A program made the position numbers and the translations under genes. The notes below the pieces were generated by a model. It made no database searches and was not told the DNA's origin. It saw only the letters and a list, made by a program, of their open reading frames with translations. A DNA stretch of 64,000 nt, from assembly GCA_019659055.1 (NCBI GenBank), contig JAIFWV010000003.1:14706-78705 (forward strand). Direction: 5' to 3'. Shown in pieces: positions 1 to 10,185 of this stretch; the first letter of the stretch is position 1; the number at the start of each line of letters is the position of its first letter. Origin of the DNA: Candidatus Doudnabacteria bacterium (GTDB lineage Bacteria; Patescibacteriota; Doudnabacteria; UBA920; O2-02-FULL-48-8).

Positions 1-430
1 CATAAGGAGTCTGGGCCGTAAACTTCTCTACAGAATTCAGTGGCAGGGATCCAAAGACTTCGTCGGTTGAGATATGATGAAATCTTTTTTTATGCTTGAC
101 CGCGGCCTCGAGCAAATTCTGAGTGCCCACGACATTGGTTTGCACAAATTCCTTCGGCCCCAGGATCGATCGATCGACATGAGACTCGGCTGCAAAATTT
201 ACGATGATGTCGCAATTGGCAACCAATCCATCTACCAAATTTTCATCGCCGATATCGCCTTTTACAAATTTATACCGCGGCTTTGTTTCGAATTCTTTCA
301 GGTTATCGAGATTGCCAGCGTAAGTTAATTTATCAAGATTGGTAATTTCGCAATCAGGATATTTGGCAAACAAATAATGGATAAAGTTGGAACCAATGAA
401 TCCGGCCCCGCCAGTGATTAAGTATTTCAT
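1..430 (-). CDS. rfbB: dTDP-glucose 4,6-dehydratase (5' part; runs off window start)
   Basis: Manual translation from the ATG at 430: MKYLITGGAGFIGSNFIHYL...NLDKLTYAGNLDNL...VNFAAESHVDRSI...FHHISTDEVFG. The start overlaps the HIT stop (TAATG). Not in the ORF track. Confidence 0.95.
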   Translation of the reverse strand, partial: MKYLITGGAGFIGSNFIHYLFAKYPDCEITNLDKLTYAGNLDNLKEFETKPRYKFVKGDIGDENLVDGLVANCDIIVNFAAESHVDRSILGPKEFVQTNVVGTQNLLEAAVKHKKRFHHISTDEVFGSLPLNSVEKFTAQTPY

Positions 431-750
431 TATTTTCTTGGGATTATATGAAAATGCAAATGGAAAATCTCTTGACCAGCCGATTGCCCATTGTTGACCG
501 AAAGATTAAAACCGCTGGCGTTGTTTACCTTCATCTGTTTTTCGGCAATTAGCTTTATCCGAGACATAAGTTCTGCCAAAACTTCATCGGGAGTATTCTG
601 TAGATCCTTCGTATGCGTCTTGTGTACGACCAAGGTGTGACCTGCGGTTTTTGGGTGCAGATCCAAGAACGCGACGACTTTATCGTCTTCAAAAACTTTG
701 CTGGTCTGAATCTCGCCGCTGGCTATTTTGCAAAAAATACAATCGGTCAT
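430..750 (-). CDS. HIT family nucleotide hydrolase
   Basis: DCIFCKI N-terminus; HLHFHIIPR histidine triad. Confidence 0.95.
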   Translation of the reverse strand: MTDCIFCKIASGEIQTSKVFEDDKVVAFLDLHPKTAGHTLVVHKTHTKDLQNTPDEVLAELMSRIKLIAEKQMKVNNASGFNLSVNNGQSAGQEIFHLHFHIIPRK

Positions 751-1808
751 TTTGGTTGTAGCTTTATTGTCAGATTAACTTCGGTGCCATTACGCAGGAC
801 TGTGATAGGCATATCGTTGAATCCGTGCTGGTTGATGATCTTTTCAAAGTTGCTTTGAGGCAAGGGTTGATTGTCCACTGAAATAATCAAATCGTTTGTA
901 GCTAGCCCGGCAAGCTTGGCCGGACTGCCGTCATCAACACTTACTACTAGCATTCCGCCGCGGGACAAATTTTTGAGCTTGGCTAAAGGTGTAGATAGAT
1001 TCAGGTTCTTAGCGCCAAATTGCGGCCGCTGAATTTTCCCGTTTTGGAAATAAGAAGACACAGCCGTAGATAGATCTTCGCTTATGAGCACCCCAAGCGA
1101 GGAACTGGTCATTCCCACAACCTTACCGTTTAGGTTGATAATTGGCCCGCCAATATAATCAGAGGTGATTTTGGCATCGCTGGCTATAGTATTTTCAAAT
1201 GCTTCGGTGTAAAAAACGCGATCGAGACTTGAAGCATTGTCTACTGACTGAGTTACTTGGCCCAAGCCGAATTGCCTGGTGAATTCTTTGTTGGACCGGC
1301 CGACGTAAATTAGTTTTTGGGCGGCTTGCAAATCCCAAGCATCGGCAAATTGAGCAAACGGCAGATTGTTGGCGCTAATTGTGAGCACGGCCAGTTCGCT
1401 CCGCGGATCCAAAGCTCTGAGAGTCCCAGGAAAGCTAGTGCCATCGTTTGTGACAACGACGAGGGAGCCGGGTGCGCCCAAATTGGCCCTTGAGGTGAGA
1501 ATCATGCCGTCTGAGGAAGCGATAATGCCGTTTCCCAAAAATCTGAAGCTCGCTCCCGACTGGGAGTAAATGGTTACGGTAAAAGCCGCGGCTTGTTTGC
1601 TCAAGTCCAAATAATTTGCGCCTTCGTTGATCTGAACTTCTTCGCGGCGGTTGATAATTACCGGATTACTGCTCTCCAATTTGTGCAGACCCGAAAGTCC
1701 CGGCATGCTGGCAAGCCACGGAATGACGAATCGATTAAACAGCACTCCGCCAATACCACCGACCACCAGAGCAATCACTAGAATCCAGATCCATTTATTT
1801 CGCAACAT
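747..1808 (-). CDS. HtrA/DegP-like membrane-anchored protein (trypsin fold + PDZ), catalytic triad degenerate
   Basis: N-terminal TM; GNGIIASSDGMILT; GGPIINLNGKVVGM; PDZ (SPAKLAGL..NDLIISVD). Triad positions read LTSRA, SELAVL and DYIGG. Confidence 0.85.
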   Translation of the reverse strand: MLRNKWIWILVIALVVGGIGGVLFNRFVIPWLASMPGLSGLHKLESSNPVIINRREEVQINEGANYLDLSKQAAAFTVTIYSQSGASFRFLGNGIIASSDGMILTSRANLGAPGSLVVVTNDGTSFPGTLRALDPRSELAVLTISANNLPFAQFADAWDLQAAQKLIYVGRSNKEFTRQFGLGQVTQSVDNASSLDRVFYTEAFENTIASDAKITSDYIGGPIINLNGKVVGMTSSSLGVLISEDLSTAVSSYFQNGKIQRPQFGAKNLNLSTPLAKLKNLSRGGMLVVSVDDGSPAKLAGLATNDLIISVDNQPLPQSNFEKIINQHGFNDMPITVLRNGTEVNLTIKLQPK

Positions 1809-2085
1809 AGCCTTCTTTCTTTAGCAGTTTAATTTTGTAGTTGATGCCACCTGGCGCTGAGTAGCCGCGCATCTCACCGGTCGAGGCAATCACACGGTGG
1901 CAAGGTATGTGCGGCGCATCTAGGTTGCGCGACAATGCCTGCCCCACGGCCCGTGCGGCTTTGGGCTGGCCGATCTTGCGTGCGACTTGGCCATAAGTCC
2001 AAACTTGCCCTTTGGGGATTTTGAGAATAGCCTTGTAAACCTTCTGCTGAAAAGCAGTGTATTTAGACCAATCAATATTTTTCAT
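1795..2085 (-). CDS. ogt: Methylated-DNA-protein-cysteine methyltransferase
   Basis: TYGQVA..RAVGQAL..IPCHRV active-site motif. Confidence 0.9.
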   Translation of the reverse strand: MKNIDWSKYTAFQQKVYKAILKIPKGQVWTYGQVARKIGQPKAARAVGQALSRNLDAPHIPCHRVIASTGEMRGYSAPGGINYKIKLLKKEGYVAK

Positions 2086-2090
2086 AAGTT

Positions 2091-2810
2091 TTAACGGTTA
2101 TGAGGAAGAAAATTTGCCGAGAGCAGAGTCGCGGCCAATACGATGATAACTAAACTCAATTGCAAATAAATTTTATTGCGGGTGAGCTTGCCAAAGAATG
2201 CCGAAAAAGAAAAAATCCAAAGTAGATAGAAAATCGAGAACGCCACAATAGCGTTAACTATGTAGTATGTCGGCCAGAGGGACAGCCCCCAGGCGGCCTG
2301 GGCACAAACAAGTGCGATAAGAAAACTAAAGTATTTCTTGACCGGGAGCGAAAACCCGGCAAAGCCCTGGATGATGAGGAGATAAGAAAAAACAAAAACC
2401 AGAAGCACGACCCAAACAAAACTTAGGCGCGGAAAATAGAATTGCAAACTGAATATCCCGGTAAAGATCGCAAACGCCGAGAACAAAAAGACATTCTGTA
2501 AAAAGTGACTCTCGCGTCCCAACTGCATTTCCAGAAAATAAAAAATTGCGCAGGCGGCAATGAGAAACCATAGCCTGGCCGAAGGACTTGCGATAACCGC
2601 AAAAATACTTCCGGATCCGAGCAGATAAAAACACGGCAAAAGCAAATGCGGCCAACTCACCCCCACTCGCTTGATATTTATAGCAAATGTCGCGGCGATA
2701 AACAAAACGAGCCCTGTGGCAAAGACATATAAGCTTTGGGTCGAGCCGTAAAAAACCAGGAACAATAATATCCCTAAGATTAGTGAAGAAACTCGATTGA
2801 ACATGACCAA
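2091..2810 (-). CDS. Polytopic membrane protein
   Basis: About 8-9 hydrophobic segments; co-oriented in the operon. Confidence 0.75.
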   Translation of the reverse strand: MVMFNRVSSLILGILLFLVFYGSTQSLYVFATGLVLFIAATFAINIKRVGVSWPHLLLPCFYLLGSGSIFAVIASPSARLWFLIAACAIFYFLEMQLGRESHFLQNVFLFSAFAIFTGIFSLQFYFPRLSFVWVVLLVFVFSYLLIIQGFAGFSLPVKKYFSFLIALVCAQAAWGLSLWPTYYIVNAIVAFSIFYLLWIFSFSAFFGKLTRNKIYLQLSLVIIVLAATLLSANFLPHNR

Positions 2811-2835
2811 ATCATAACAATTCTGTCGAGTTTTG

Positions 2836-3702
2836 TCATTTGGGGGCTTCCCACGCGCCGCGGACCTTTCCTTGTCTCAGGAAAATGAAAATTCCTGCGG
2901 CCATGACACCAATTATAGCCGTGAGCTGGTCAACTTTGATTCCTCCCAAATACGACGAATCGAGCCGGATCCCTTCGATAAAAAACCGGCCCAAAGAATA
3001 AAGTCCAAGGTATGTAAATGCTAGAACTCCGGACTTAACTTTGCCAACCAATAATTTGGTCAGGATGAAAAATATTATGCAGTTGAGAATGGCCTCGTAA
3101 AGGAAAGCCGGATGGAAAAAATTACTGTCTTTAAACTGCAGCGGCCGGTTGCTGATATCAACATACATTTTCCACGGCAGATTTGTGGGGAGACCGTAAG
3201 CTTCCTGATTGAAAAAATTACCGAACCGCCCCACGGCCTGAGCCAGAGGCAAGGACAAGGCGGCCAAATCCAAAAGCTGATACATAGAATAAGCCTTATG
3301 GCGGCCATAGATGAGGATAAAAATAAGGCCCGAGATGAGCGCGCCGTAAATAGAAAGTCCCCCGTGCCAGATTTTGTAGACTTCGGAAATATTATGCGAA
3401 AACAAATCCCATTCAAATACCACATAATAAATACGTGCCCCGATTAAACCTATGATCGTGATCCAAAAGGCAATGTCATCGACTTCGCTTTTGCTGATCC
3501 CAAACCGCCACGAAAATTTACGGGCAATAAAATACCCAATGAGGATACCCGAAGCCAAGATCAGGCCGTAAAACCTGAGGCCAAATTTACCGATATTGAT
3601 CTGGGAGGGAATGGCGATTTTTCCGGCGAAGGCTGGGGCAAACACAAAAAAAACTAGCGCCATTGCCAGCACAATTGCTGATGCCCAATAAAATATTTTC
3701 AT
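2836..3702 (-). CDS. lgt: Prolipoprotein diacylglyceryl transferase
   Basis: GARIYYV, WHGGLSIYG, GRFGNFFNQEAYG, HPAFLYE, RFFIEGIR. Confidence 0.95.
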   Translation of the reverse strand: MKIFYWASAIVLAMALVFFVFAPAFAGKIAIPSQINIGKFGLRFYGLILASGILIGYFIARKFSWRFGISKSEVDDIAFWITIIGLIGARIYYVVFEWDLFSHNISEVYKIWHGGLSIYGALISGLIFILIYGRHKAYSMYQLLDLAALSLPLAQAVGRFGNFFNQEAYGLPTNLPWKMYVDISNRPLQFKDSNFFHPAFLYEAILNCIIFFILTKLLVGKVKSGVLAFTYLGLYSLGRFFIEGIRLDSSYLGGIKVDQLTAIIGVMAAGIFIFLRQGKVRGAWEAPK

Positions 3703-3712
3703 GAATGCAAAT

Positions 3713-4297
3713 TTAAAAAAGTGAAATCTGGCGCTGGACCGGACGTCTCATTTCTGGCTCGGGGAATAATATCTTAAGCTCGCGCGTGTCGAAATAATCC
3801 TTATAGAGAAGTTTGCCGTATTTTTGGACATAGTCATAGACCTCTTTGGTAATTTTGACATCTTGGGAGCAATATTTTTTTAGCTCCTCAATCCTTCCTT
3901 GTCGAAACATACGCAAGGCCTCGAGCCCATCGCCGCTCTTGCCCACTCCGAGTGTTGTCTGCGCGACATTGTCGAGCCGCACACGGTGGCCGATGAGTTT
4001 TTCGATCTCAACCATGATATCCAATGTCGGCAAAGTATGAGGATCATAGGTCAGATAAGGCTTCAAAACCTCGTAATCAAAATTTTTGATATTGAAACCG
4101 ATGATCAAATCCGCTTCTTGGAACATTTCACCCACCCGGTAAACCTGGTCTTCCGTAAAACAGTAGTGTTTGTCTTCTAAATATGAGTAAACTCCTACAA
4201 CTGAGACTTTGAGGAGATGGTTTTTGCCGTATCCCCCGACTTCTTCAAATGATTTTTGGGTTTCTACATCGAACACAATCTTATTTAAAGCCGCCAT
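3713..4297 (-). CDS. RNase H-like (DEDD, YprB-like) exonuclease domain protein
   Basis: VFDVET, IGFNIKNFD, LDNVAQTTLG, YCSQDV. Confidence 0.85.
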   Translation of the reverse strand: MAALNKIVFDVETQKSFEEVGGYGKNHLLKVSVVGVYSYLEDKHYCFTEDQVYRVGEMFQEADLIIGFNIKNFDYEVLKPYLTYDPHTLPTLDIMVEIEKLIGHRVRLDNVAQTTLGVGKSGDGLEALRMFRQGRIEELKKYCSQDVKITKEVYDYVQKYGKLLYKDYFDTRELKILFPEPEMRRPVQRQISLF

Positions 4298-4360
4298 TTG
4301 GGTTTCTATTTCATTTAGTATTTTGACTTACCAATTATAGCATAATCTTTTTGGACAAAT

Positions 4361-4394
4361 AAAAAAGGGTGGAAGAAACTGGTTCTTCCACCCT
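4361..4394 (-). terminator. Intrinsic terminator after the 4410 ORF
   Basis: AGGGTGGAAGAA/TTCTTCCACCCT inverted repeat followed by a U-run on the minus strand. Confidence 0.75.
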
Positions 4395-4409
4395 GCGTCT
4401 CGGATTGGA

Positions 4410-5810
4410 CTACTCGACTGCCTCGGCGCGAAGCTCGTCCACGGTTACGGCCTGACCGCTCATAGCACTGTATGCGGCCGCGAGCTGTTCGTTGATGAGC
4501 GAGGGATCATGTCCCTGCAGACGGACAAGGAAGTTCTTGCGATGTTTTCCCTGCGTCCGTGCAAGCAATCCACCAATCATGTTTCCGCCTTTCTTCTTGC
4601 GGGAAAGCTTGAGCTTGCGGATGAGACCGATCTTTGCTTCCTTGAGGGCTTTTGCGCCTTCGGCGGCCGCATAGATAAGGTTCAGCTGAGCATTCAGCTT
4701 ATCCCCGTTCGGCAGGAGCTTGTCGATCGCCCCGTGAGGTATCCGCTTGCATCCGTTCGGTTTCGTGGGACGGCTCGGCCGTACCGGCTGCAATTCCTTC
4801 TGAGGCTTGCCGCCATTCGGCTCAGCAGAAACAATTCCCGCCGAACTGAACTTGGTGACGAGCTCCGAAAGCTGCTGCATGAACTGCTGAAACTTCGCCG
4901 TCTCATCCGACCGGCTTGCAGCCGACGTCAGCTGTTTGAATTCCGCTTCGGCATCGCCGCCGACCGCCTTGACGATCGATTCCAATTTCGGATACTTGGA
5001 CATTTCCGGTTTCTCCTGTTTGCGCTGCTTTTCGGGCAGGGGTTGGCTGGGACTCAAAAGCTCTTGCTTGAGCCAGAGAGTGTAGAGTTGTTTCGCGAAG
5101 GAAGCATCTGTGCCGCGGACCGACTTTTTGGAGAAATGGAAGAAGTAAGTCCGCATCGGAAACGGTGCTCCGGAAGAGTACGAAACGTATCCGTACCGAT
5201 AAACCTTGTCCGGGAGCGCGTACCGCCCGTAGAACTTCAAGAGCAGGATCATGTGGTAGAAGAATCCAAGCTCTCGAATAACACCGAGGCCGTTGCTTGC
5301 GCTGTGCTCCGAAGCCAGGGATGACTTCAGTCGTTCGTAACGAAAACCAAGCATGCGCTGCAACTTTTTTTCTATCGCTGGAAAATTTTCCACCGATAGA
5401 TTTCGCCTAGCGTCGGCGACCGTGACTGCCAAACAGCGGCCGCGGCCTTTGGCCACGTGCAAGACGATTCGGCGTGCCTTCTCTACAGCGGGCTCGATCG
5501 TGCCGCATAGATCCAGATGAAACGCGTCTATCTGGCGCTTGCTCCCGCTTATTGCTCGAAACGCTTTCGGGAACTTGCGCAATGAAGATACGTAGTGATA
5601 AGGCGATTCTCGAATGAGCTTGTCCGAGTGGGACTTCTGCCGCTCAATAACCCAGCCGTTATCAGCAGAAATCCCTGATTCCTGCCAAATCTTGGCTTCT
5701 CTTCCTTCGCCGCCCAAAGAAGCAATTACAGCCTCATTTAGGGGCATATACTTCTGTATGAATTGAAGGAAGAGCCGAAGGACATGATTCTTCTGCTCTT
5801 TTGTATCCAA
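4410..5810 (-). CDS. Hypothetical protein with a putative class I SAM-methyltransferase-like N-terminal domain
   Basis: TTG start at 5810 with AGGAGG upstream. VIASLGGEGRE, WVIER and IDAFHLDLCG fall in Rossmann-MTase-like order. Helical/basic C-terminus. Confidence 0.6.
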   Translation of the reverse strand: MDTKEQKNHVLRLFLQFIQKYMPLNEAVIASLGGEGREAKIWQESGISADNGWVIERQKSHSDKLIRESPYHYVSSLRKFPKAFRAISGSKRQIDAFHLDLCGTIEPAVEKARRIVLHVAKGRGRCLAVTVADARRNLSVENFPAIEKKLQRMLGFRYERLKSSLASEHSASNGLGVIRELGFFYHMILLLKFYGRYALPDKVYRYGYVSYSSGAPFPMRTYFFHFSKKSVRGTDASFAKQLYTLWLKQELLSPSQPLPEKQRKQEKPEMSKYPKLESIVKAVGGDAEAEFKQLTSAASRSDETAKFQQFMQQLSELVTKFSSAGIVSAEPNGGKPQKELQPVRPSRPTKPNGCKRIPHGAIDKLLPNGDKLNAQLNLIYAAAEGAKALKEAKIGLIRKLKLSRKKKGGNMIGGLLARTQGKHRKNFLVRLQGHDPSLINEQLAAAYSAMSGQAVTVDELRAEAVE

Positions 5811-5844
5811 TTTGACTCCTCCTTGTGAGATCAAAGAACCCATA

Positions 5845-5925
5845 ATTCTAAACAAATCCAGGCTTTTTGTCAATGCTCCTGCCCCCTTGGTAACATTGAC
5901 AAATTTACCTTCAAATGTTATTATG
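5845..5925. promoter_or_regulatory. Divergent sigma70-type promoters
   Basis: TTGACA-N17-TATTAT on plus; TTGACA-N17-TAGAAT on minus. Confidence 0.6.
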
Positions 5926-5973
5926 GTACGTTCCAAACGGTCTTTGATAAAACTTTGGTTAGGAGGAGATATA

Positions 5974-7410
5974 ATGTCATTCAACAATCCCAGAGTCGTG
6001 AATTTCGTACCGCCGACAAGGCCGGAACTCAATCCGGTTCTGGATCAGGTGATCCTGCATCTTGAGGAACACACCCATAAGTACTTCCGCGGCAAAGGAC
6101 TGCTTTTTCAGCTCTATAGCGCATGGCTCTTGTTCTTCAAAGATCTAAGGAAGGATTCATCCCAGCAGGGCACCAACAAAGCCCTCGACGCGGTGAAGCT
6201 GGCCTTCCTTCAGGTTTTTGCAATCCTGCAAGATCCTCCGCTCAACAACCCCACTGCGGAAGACCTGGTCGCAATTGGTAAGCGACTGCAGTCACTGCTC
6301 ACACAGCTTCAGATCGAAACCAGGAATTCCAAAAACGCACAAGACAAAGCATTTGCGCTTGAGACAGCCTTGCAACAACGGCTGCTCGAGCTGGGCAAAG
6401 CCAAGCAACGGACTTCGGAAGCTGAAGGTGCAGCTGAGAAACTCCGGATCCAAGTCGCTGAGGTCGCAAAGAAGACTCAATCTTCGGAGGCTATCAACGC
6501 CGTTCTGGCTGAGGGACACAAAGAGCTCGAATACCTCGAGCGGCTCGCACTCACTGTCCACGGTATGAAATCCACCTTGGCCACTGCCATTACCCAGCTC
6601 GCCGATTCAACGGACGTCAAGAAGGCAATTGCCGGGGAAGAGTCTGGGTTTCAGGCGGTTGATCTCACGGCCGATATCGAACGGCGAACCCAATGGCTGA
6701 GTGAGGTGCGTCCGCTAATCAACCACCTGGCGGAGCAACGCCGAGAGCTCGAAGAAAAACTCTCGACGGTATCCGACCGCGTGAAGTTCGGCACGGAGGA
6801 TGAGTTCGAGGAGAAAAGACTTGAGACCTCCTTCGAGAAGCTCAACTTTCAGATAGACCGGCTGGTCGAGGACGAAAAGCTCGTCACCGACCAACTACGA
6901 AAGTTGCAGTCGTACCAGAGAGCGGTAGAGCTCATTCGCACCTTCAATCCAAAAGTCCTGATGCAAGGGCTGCTGCCTGAAATCCAGGAAATCGAACCGA
7001 TCGAAGAGCTAGTCCCGATTCCTGTTCTGCCGGCTGGCGAGGTTGCCAAACGTTTCGGGCAACTCCAGGCGATCAGCAAGGAATCCGGTCTCGAAGTCAG
7101 TGCAGTCTTTACCCTGAGCCTCTATGAATGTCTGCCCCCGGCTCTCCGTCAGAAAGCCGCGACTTCTGTTCTCAGGGCGGCATACGATGCAGGACTGATC
7201 AGGAATTTCGGACTTCCTGACAAGCGAGTTCTTCTTGAGTCCTGGAGGACGCCCGACAAGCGGGAAGAAAAGTTCGTTCAATACCTGGGAAAGTTTGCAG
7301 GAGGAATCTATCGGCGGACAGCAAGTACTCTGCCCTGGAATGTAAAGCAGTTGTTTACTCCAGAGGAGATCGAAACCTTCGTGCGGTGCATCCCTAAAAA
7401 CGAGAAATAG
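5974..7410 (+). CDS. Long coiled-coil protein
   Basis: AGGAGG + ATG at 5974; E/K/L/Q-rich heptad central region. Confidence 0.75.
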   Translation: MSFNNPRVVNFVPPTRPELNPVLDQVILHLEEHTHKYFRGKGLLFQLYSAWLLFFKDLRKDSSQQGTNKALDAVKLAFLQVFAILQDPPLNNPTAEDLVAIGKRLQSLLTQLQIETRNSKNAQDKAFALETALQQRLLELGKAKQRTSEAEGAAEKLRIQVAEVAKKTQSSEAINAVLAEGHKELEYLERLALTVHGMKSTLATAITQLADSTDVKKAIAGEESGFQAVDLTADIERRTQWLSEVRPLINHLAEQRRELEEKLSTVSDRVKFGTEDEFEEKRLETSFEKLNFQIDRLVEDEKLVTDQLRKLQSYQRAVELIRTFNPKVLMQGLLPEIQEIEPIEELVPIPVLPAGEVAKRFGQLQAISKESGLEVSAVFTLSLYECLPPALRQKAATSVLRAAYDAGLIRNFGLPDKRVLLESWRTPDKREEKFVQYLGKFAGGIYRRTASTLPWNVKQLFTPEEIETFVRCIPKNEK

Positions 7411-7463
7411 AAAAAGCGTCAGCTCTCATAAGTTTTCACTTATGGAGCTGACGCTGTTTTTTT
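7411..7463. terminator. Bidirectional intrinsic terminator
   Basis: AGCGTCAGCT...AGCTGACGCT flanked by A and T runs, between convergent genes. Confidence 0.8.
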
Positions 7464-7471
7464 ATTGCAAC

Positions 7472-8995
7472 TTACTTCGACTTCAGGAAATCCTTCCGAC
7501 GTTCGGCGACGAAACACCTCACTTCGTTTGGGTTATCCGAATAGATCGCCTGACCCGCGGCTTCGAGGACCTTGAGTATAACGTGCTCATCGCGCGCCTC
7601 CCGCGTCGTAGGCATCGCTATGTACCCGCCATCACTGATATGGATGACTTGGCCATTGGCAATGTCCACTTCCGCGTAAATCCGAGGATCCATCGGGCGT
7701 TTGTTGAGCACGAATGTCCGGTCTCCGATCCGCACCTGCACCACACGAGGTTTGCCGTTGGTGTTGGGGTTGAGTTGGGGTCCTCGAGTCCCCTTGCCTT
7801 CCGGATTGGTGGTGTGAGTACCCGACCCGTTCCGACTGCGCACGCGCGGCCCATCCTCGAAGAGGATTCCTCCACAACCGCCGTTGCTGTCGGGTTTACC
7901 CCAAACGTGATTACACCTTTCGATGAACGAGATGAGGGATTTGGATGCCGGGTCCCGCCCGATAACGTCGTCGTCTCCCAGGAGCGATTTGGCTTTGGGC
8001 ACCACCTGCCCGACGAGGTAAGTGGTCAGTCGCCGCCATGCCGCCGATGAGAGATAACGCGAAGAGAAGCTTGCGCGGGCCGTATCCTGGTTTGCCAAGA
8101 AATCACGGCCGAAAATGTCCCCAATCAGGTCCGGCTTCCAGAGCGGATAGGGCAAGCGCTGGGGTCCGAGCACTCGAGCCGATGCCACACGGAGGCCCGT
8201 ATTGGCGTCGGTAAACCAGATGCCGCCGTTGAGATCATCGCGATCGTCGAGACGATCGAGATAAGTCTCAATCGGACCGTCCTCTTGCGTGATCACAACC
8301 TTATCGGCCAATGGCGGCGCCACGATCTGTTTGCCGCCGACTTCGAGCCGGTACATGAGATCGCGCTTCCGGGGCACTCGCCACATCAGAGCCTCACGGA
8401 TCTGATCGTAGTTATGGAAAACCGAGTTTGGCACGACAATTGCCGTGAACGAACCCTTGATTCCCTTTTGAGGTCCCAATTCCGCCGACGTCTCCGAGAT
8501 AGTTTCGGCGACAATGGCGCCATTCTGCAGTTCGATTTTCTCCGGGATCATGGAAACCATGACCACGGGTCCTTCGGTTGCGGTCCGCGTGAGGATATAA
8601 AACCCCGTACTGATGTCGCCATCTACGGACTTTTGATTCAGACCCGGACCGGAAAATCTACCGATGCGCTTCTGCGCCGCACCCGAGTGTCCCGAACCGG
8701 GGTCACCAATGGCGGGGCCAATGGTGCAATAGAGCCGAATTGCGGGTTGGGTGAAGCCTGACCCGTGATCGAGTATGACCAGGGACTTGGACTTGGGACC
8801 GAGCGGATGATTGTCGACGAGGAAAATTTCCACATGACCGAGCTTCGGCACCCACTTGCCTTCCGGCATGCAGGCGCACAGCCCGTTGCGGATCAATTCG
8901 GCGAGACAATCTCCAGGATCTTTGTAAAGATCCGTGGCAAGGTTCTCGAGGATGTGTCTTGCGGTAAGCTTCAACTGCCAGATTTCGCTGCTCAT
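7472..8995 (-). CDS. Divergent GHKL-family (MORC/Hsp90-like) ATPase
   Basis: LATDLYKDPGDCLAELIRNG (N box), ILDHGSGF (G1), KRIGRFS (G2), GSFTAIVV. Confidence 0.8.
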   Translation of the reverse strand: MSSEIWQLKLTARHILENLATDLYKDPGDCLAELIRNGLCACMPEGKWVPKLGHVEIFLVDNHPLGPKSKSLVILDHGSGFTQPAIRLYCTIGPAIGDPGSGHSGAAQKRIGRFSGPGLNQKSVDGDISTGFYILTRTATEGPVVMVSMIPEKIELQNGAIVAETISETSAELGPQKGIKGSFTAIVVPNSVFHNYDQIREALMWRVPRKRDLMYRLEVGGKQIVAPPLADKVVITQEDGPIETYLDRLDDRDDLNGGIWFTDANTGLRVASARVLGPQRLPYPLWKPDLIGDIFGRDFLANQDTARASFSSRYLSSAAWRRLTTYLVGQVVPKAKSLLGDDDVIGRDPASKSLISFIERCNHVWGKPDSNGGCGGILFEDGPRVRSRNGSGTHTTNPEGKGTRGPQLNPNTNGKPRVVQVRIGDRTFVLNKRPMDPRIYAEVDIANGQVIHISDGGYIAMPTTREARDEHVILKVLEAAGQAIYSDNPNEVRCFVAERRKDFLKSK

Positions 8996-10071
8996 TTATT
9001 TTCTCCAAAAGCTGAGAAGACTTTGCGGAGGGCAGGATCGTCCGCCGCGAGTCCTTCAACTTTTTGCAAACGTTTGAAAGTTTCCGCGTCGATCTGCGCC
9101 AAACTCATGAGCTTGGCGATCAGACGAATGATACTGTCTCGGTGCCCGTCGGTGAAGGCAGTCGGTTCAAGCGCCGCTGATTCCCCCATCTTCACGATTG
9201 AGTGCAGTGAAGAAATCATTGATCCGGCGAAGGCAAACGGCTCATTGATCTCCGTTTTCCCTTCCTTTGGCTGATTCGGTGCGACTGAGACATGAGAGCC
9301 ATTGCTCCCCGAGGCCAGTGTCCTGACTTTTGCCAGAACACTTTCTCGGGTCTCCGGCCGACCCTGATGCGCAAGGGCTTTTTTCAAAGACTGATGGTGC
9401 ACACCCAAGGCCTGACACATCGCCCAACGGCTCGGGTATCTCTTCTGCAATCCGGCGACAAGTTTTTTGAGCTCATCGTCTTCTTTTGCAGAACCCATCG
9501 CAGCCTGCGGTTTCCCGGGTCTCGCCGTAGCCCAGTCAATACTTGAGATGATCGCCCTGACTTCGGCTGTAAGCTCAGGAGTTACCCTGGTCAACTCATT
9601 GATTCGCCGAAGCGCTATGCTTTCGGCAAATTCCTGATGCGAACCAAAAAACGATCCGAACTGCTTGGCGGTGATCTGTTCCCGGTCGGGAACATTTGGC
9701 TGATTGCGGGCCTTGAGAAAAGCACTGAACAGCTCAAAGGCCAACTCGATCGTCTCTTTCGAATACGGTACGAGGGCCTTATAATTGTCCGAGAGCTCGT
9801 CTAGCAAGACGATAATCGCATCACAGTCAGCACAGTATTGCTTGCCGATGCGGTCGCGCACGGCGGAAATAAATTCCTTTCCACCCGGTTTGCGCTCGTT
9901 CCAAAACACGTTCGAGGCCTTATACCGGGTATGGAAAATTCGCGCCACATCGTCCTGGGTACCGTTTGGGGGTAGGTAACTTTCCATCACCACATGGAGC
10001 CAATCCAGAAGCATTTTCAGCCTCAGGACTTTGGCTTGTAGGGCTTCCATCTGAGGCAGTAAGTTGCTCAT
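8992..10071 (-). CDS. Helical protein with a putative HTH, translationally coupled to the GHKL gene
   Basis: GGAGG SD; its stop overlaps the GHKL start; SRWAMCQALGVHHQSLKKAL is HTH-like. Confidence 0.65.
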   Translation of the reverse strand: MSNLLPQMEALQAKVLRLKMLLDWLHVVMESYLPPNGTQDDVARIFHTRYKASNVFWNERKPGGKEFISAVRDRIGKQYCADCDAIIVLLDELSDNYKALVPYSKETIELAFELFSAFLKARNQPNVPDREQITAKQFGSFFGSHQEFAESIALRRINELTRVTPELTAEVRAIISSIDWATARPGKPQAAMGSAKEDDELKKLVAGLQKRYPSRWAMCQALGVHHQSLKKALAHQGRPETRESVLAKVRTLASGSNGSHVSVAPNQPKEGKTEINEPFAFAGSMISSLHSIVKMGESAALEPTAFTDGHRDSIIRLIAKLMSLAQIDAETFKRLQKVEGLAADDPALRKVFSAFGENK

Positions 10072-10185
10072 TATTCCTCCAATATGTCGATTTGTATGTA
10101 CAAGTCATTGTATAAAACAAGACTCCACATAATAGAGAATTTTTGGGCTTTTGTCAATAGCCAAAACCCTGTATAATTAGGCAAT

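Noticed and set aside
5812-6032. Overlapping divergent ORF starts in the track
   Set aside because: SD-supported starts at 5810 and 5974 remove the overlap and leave a promoter region
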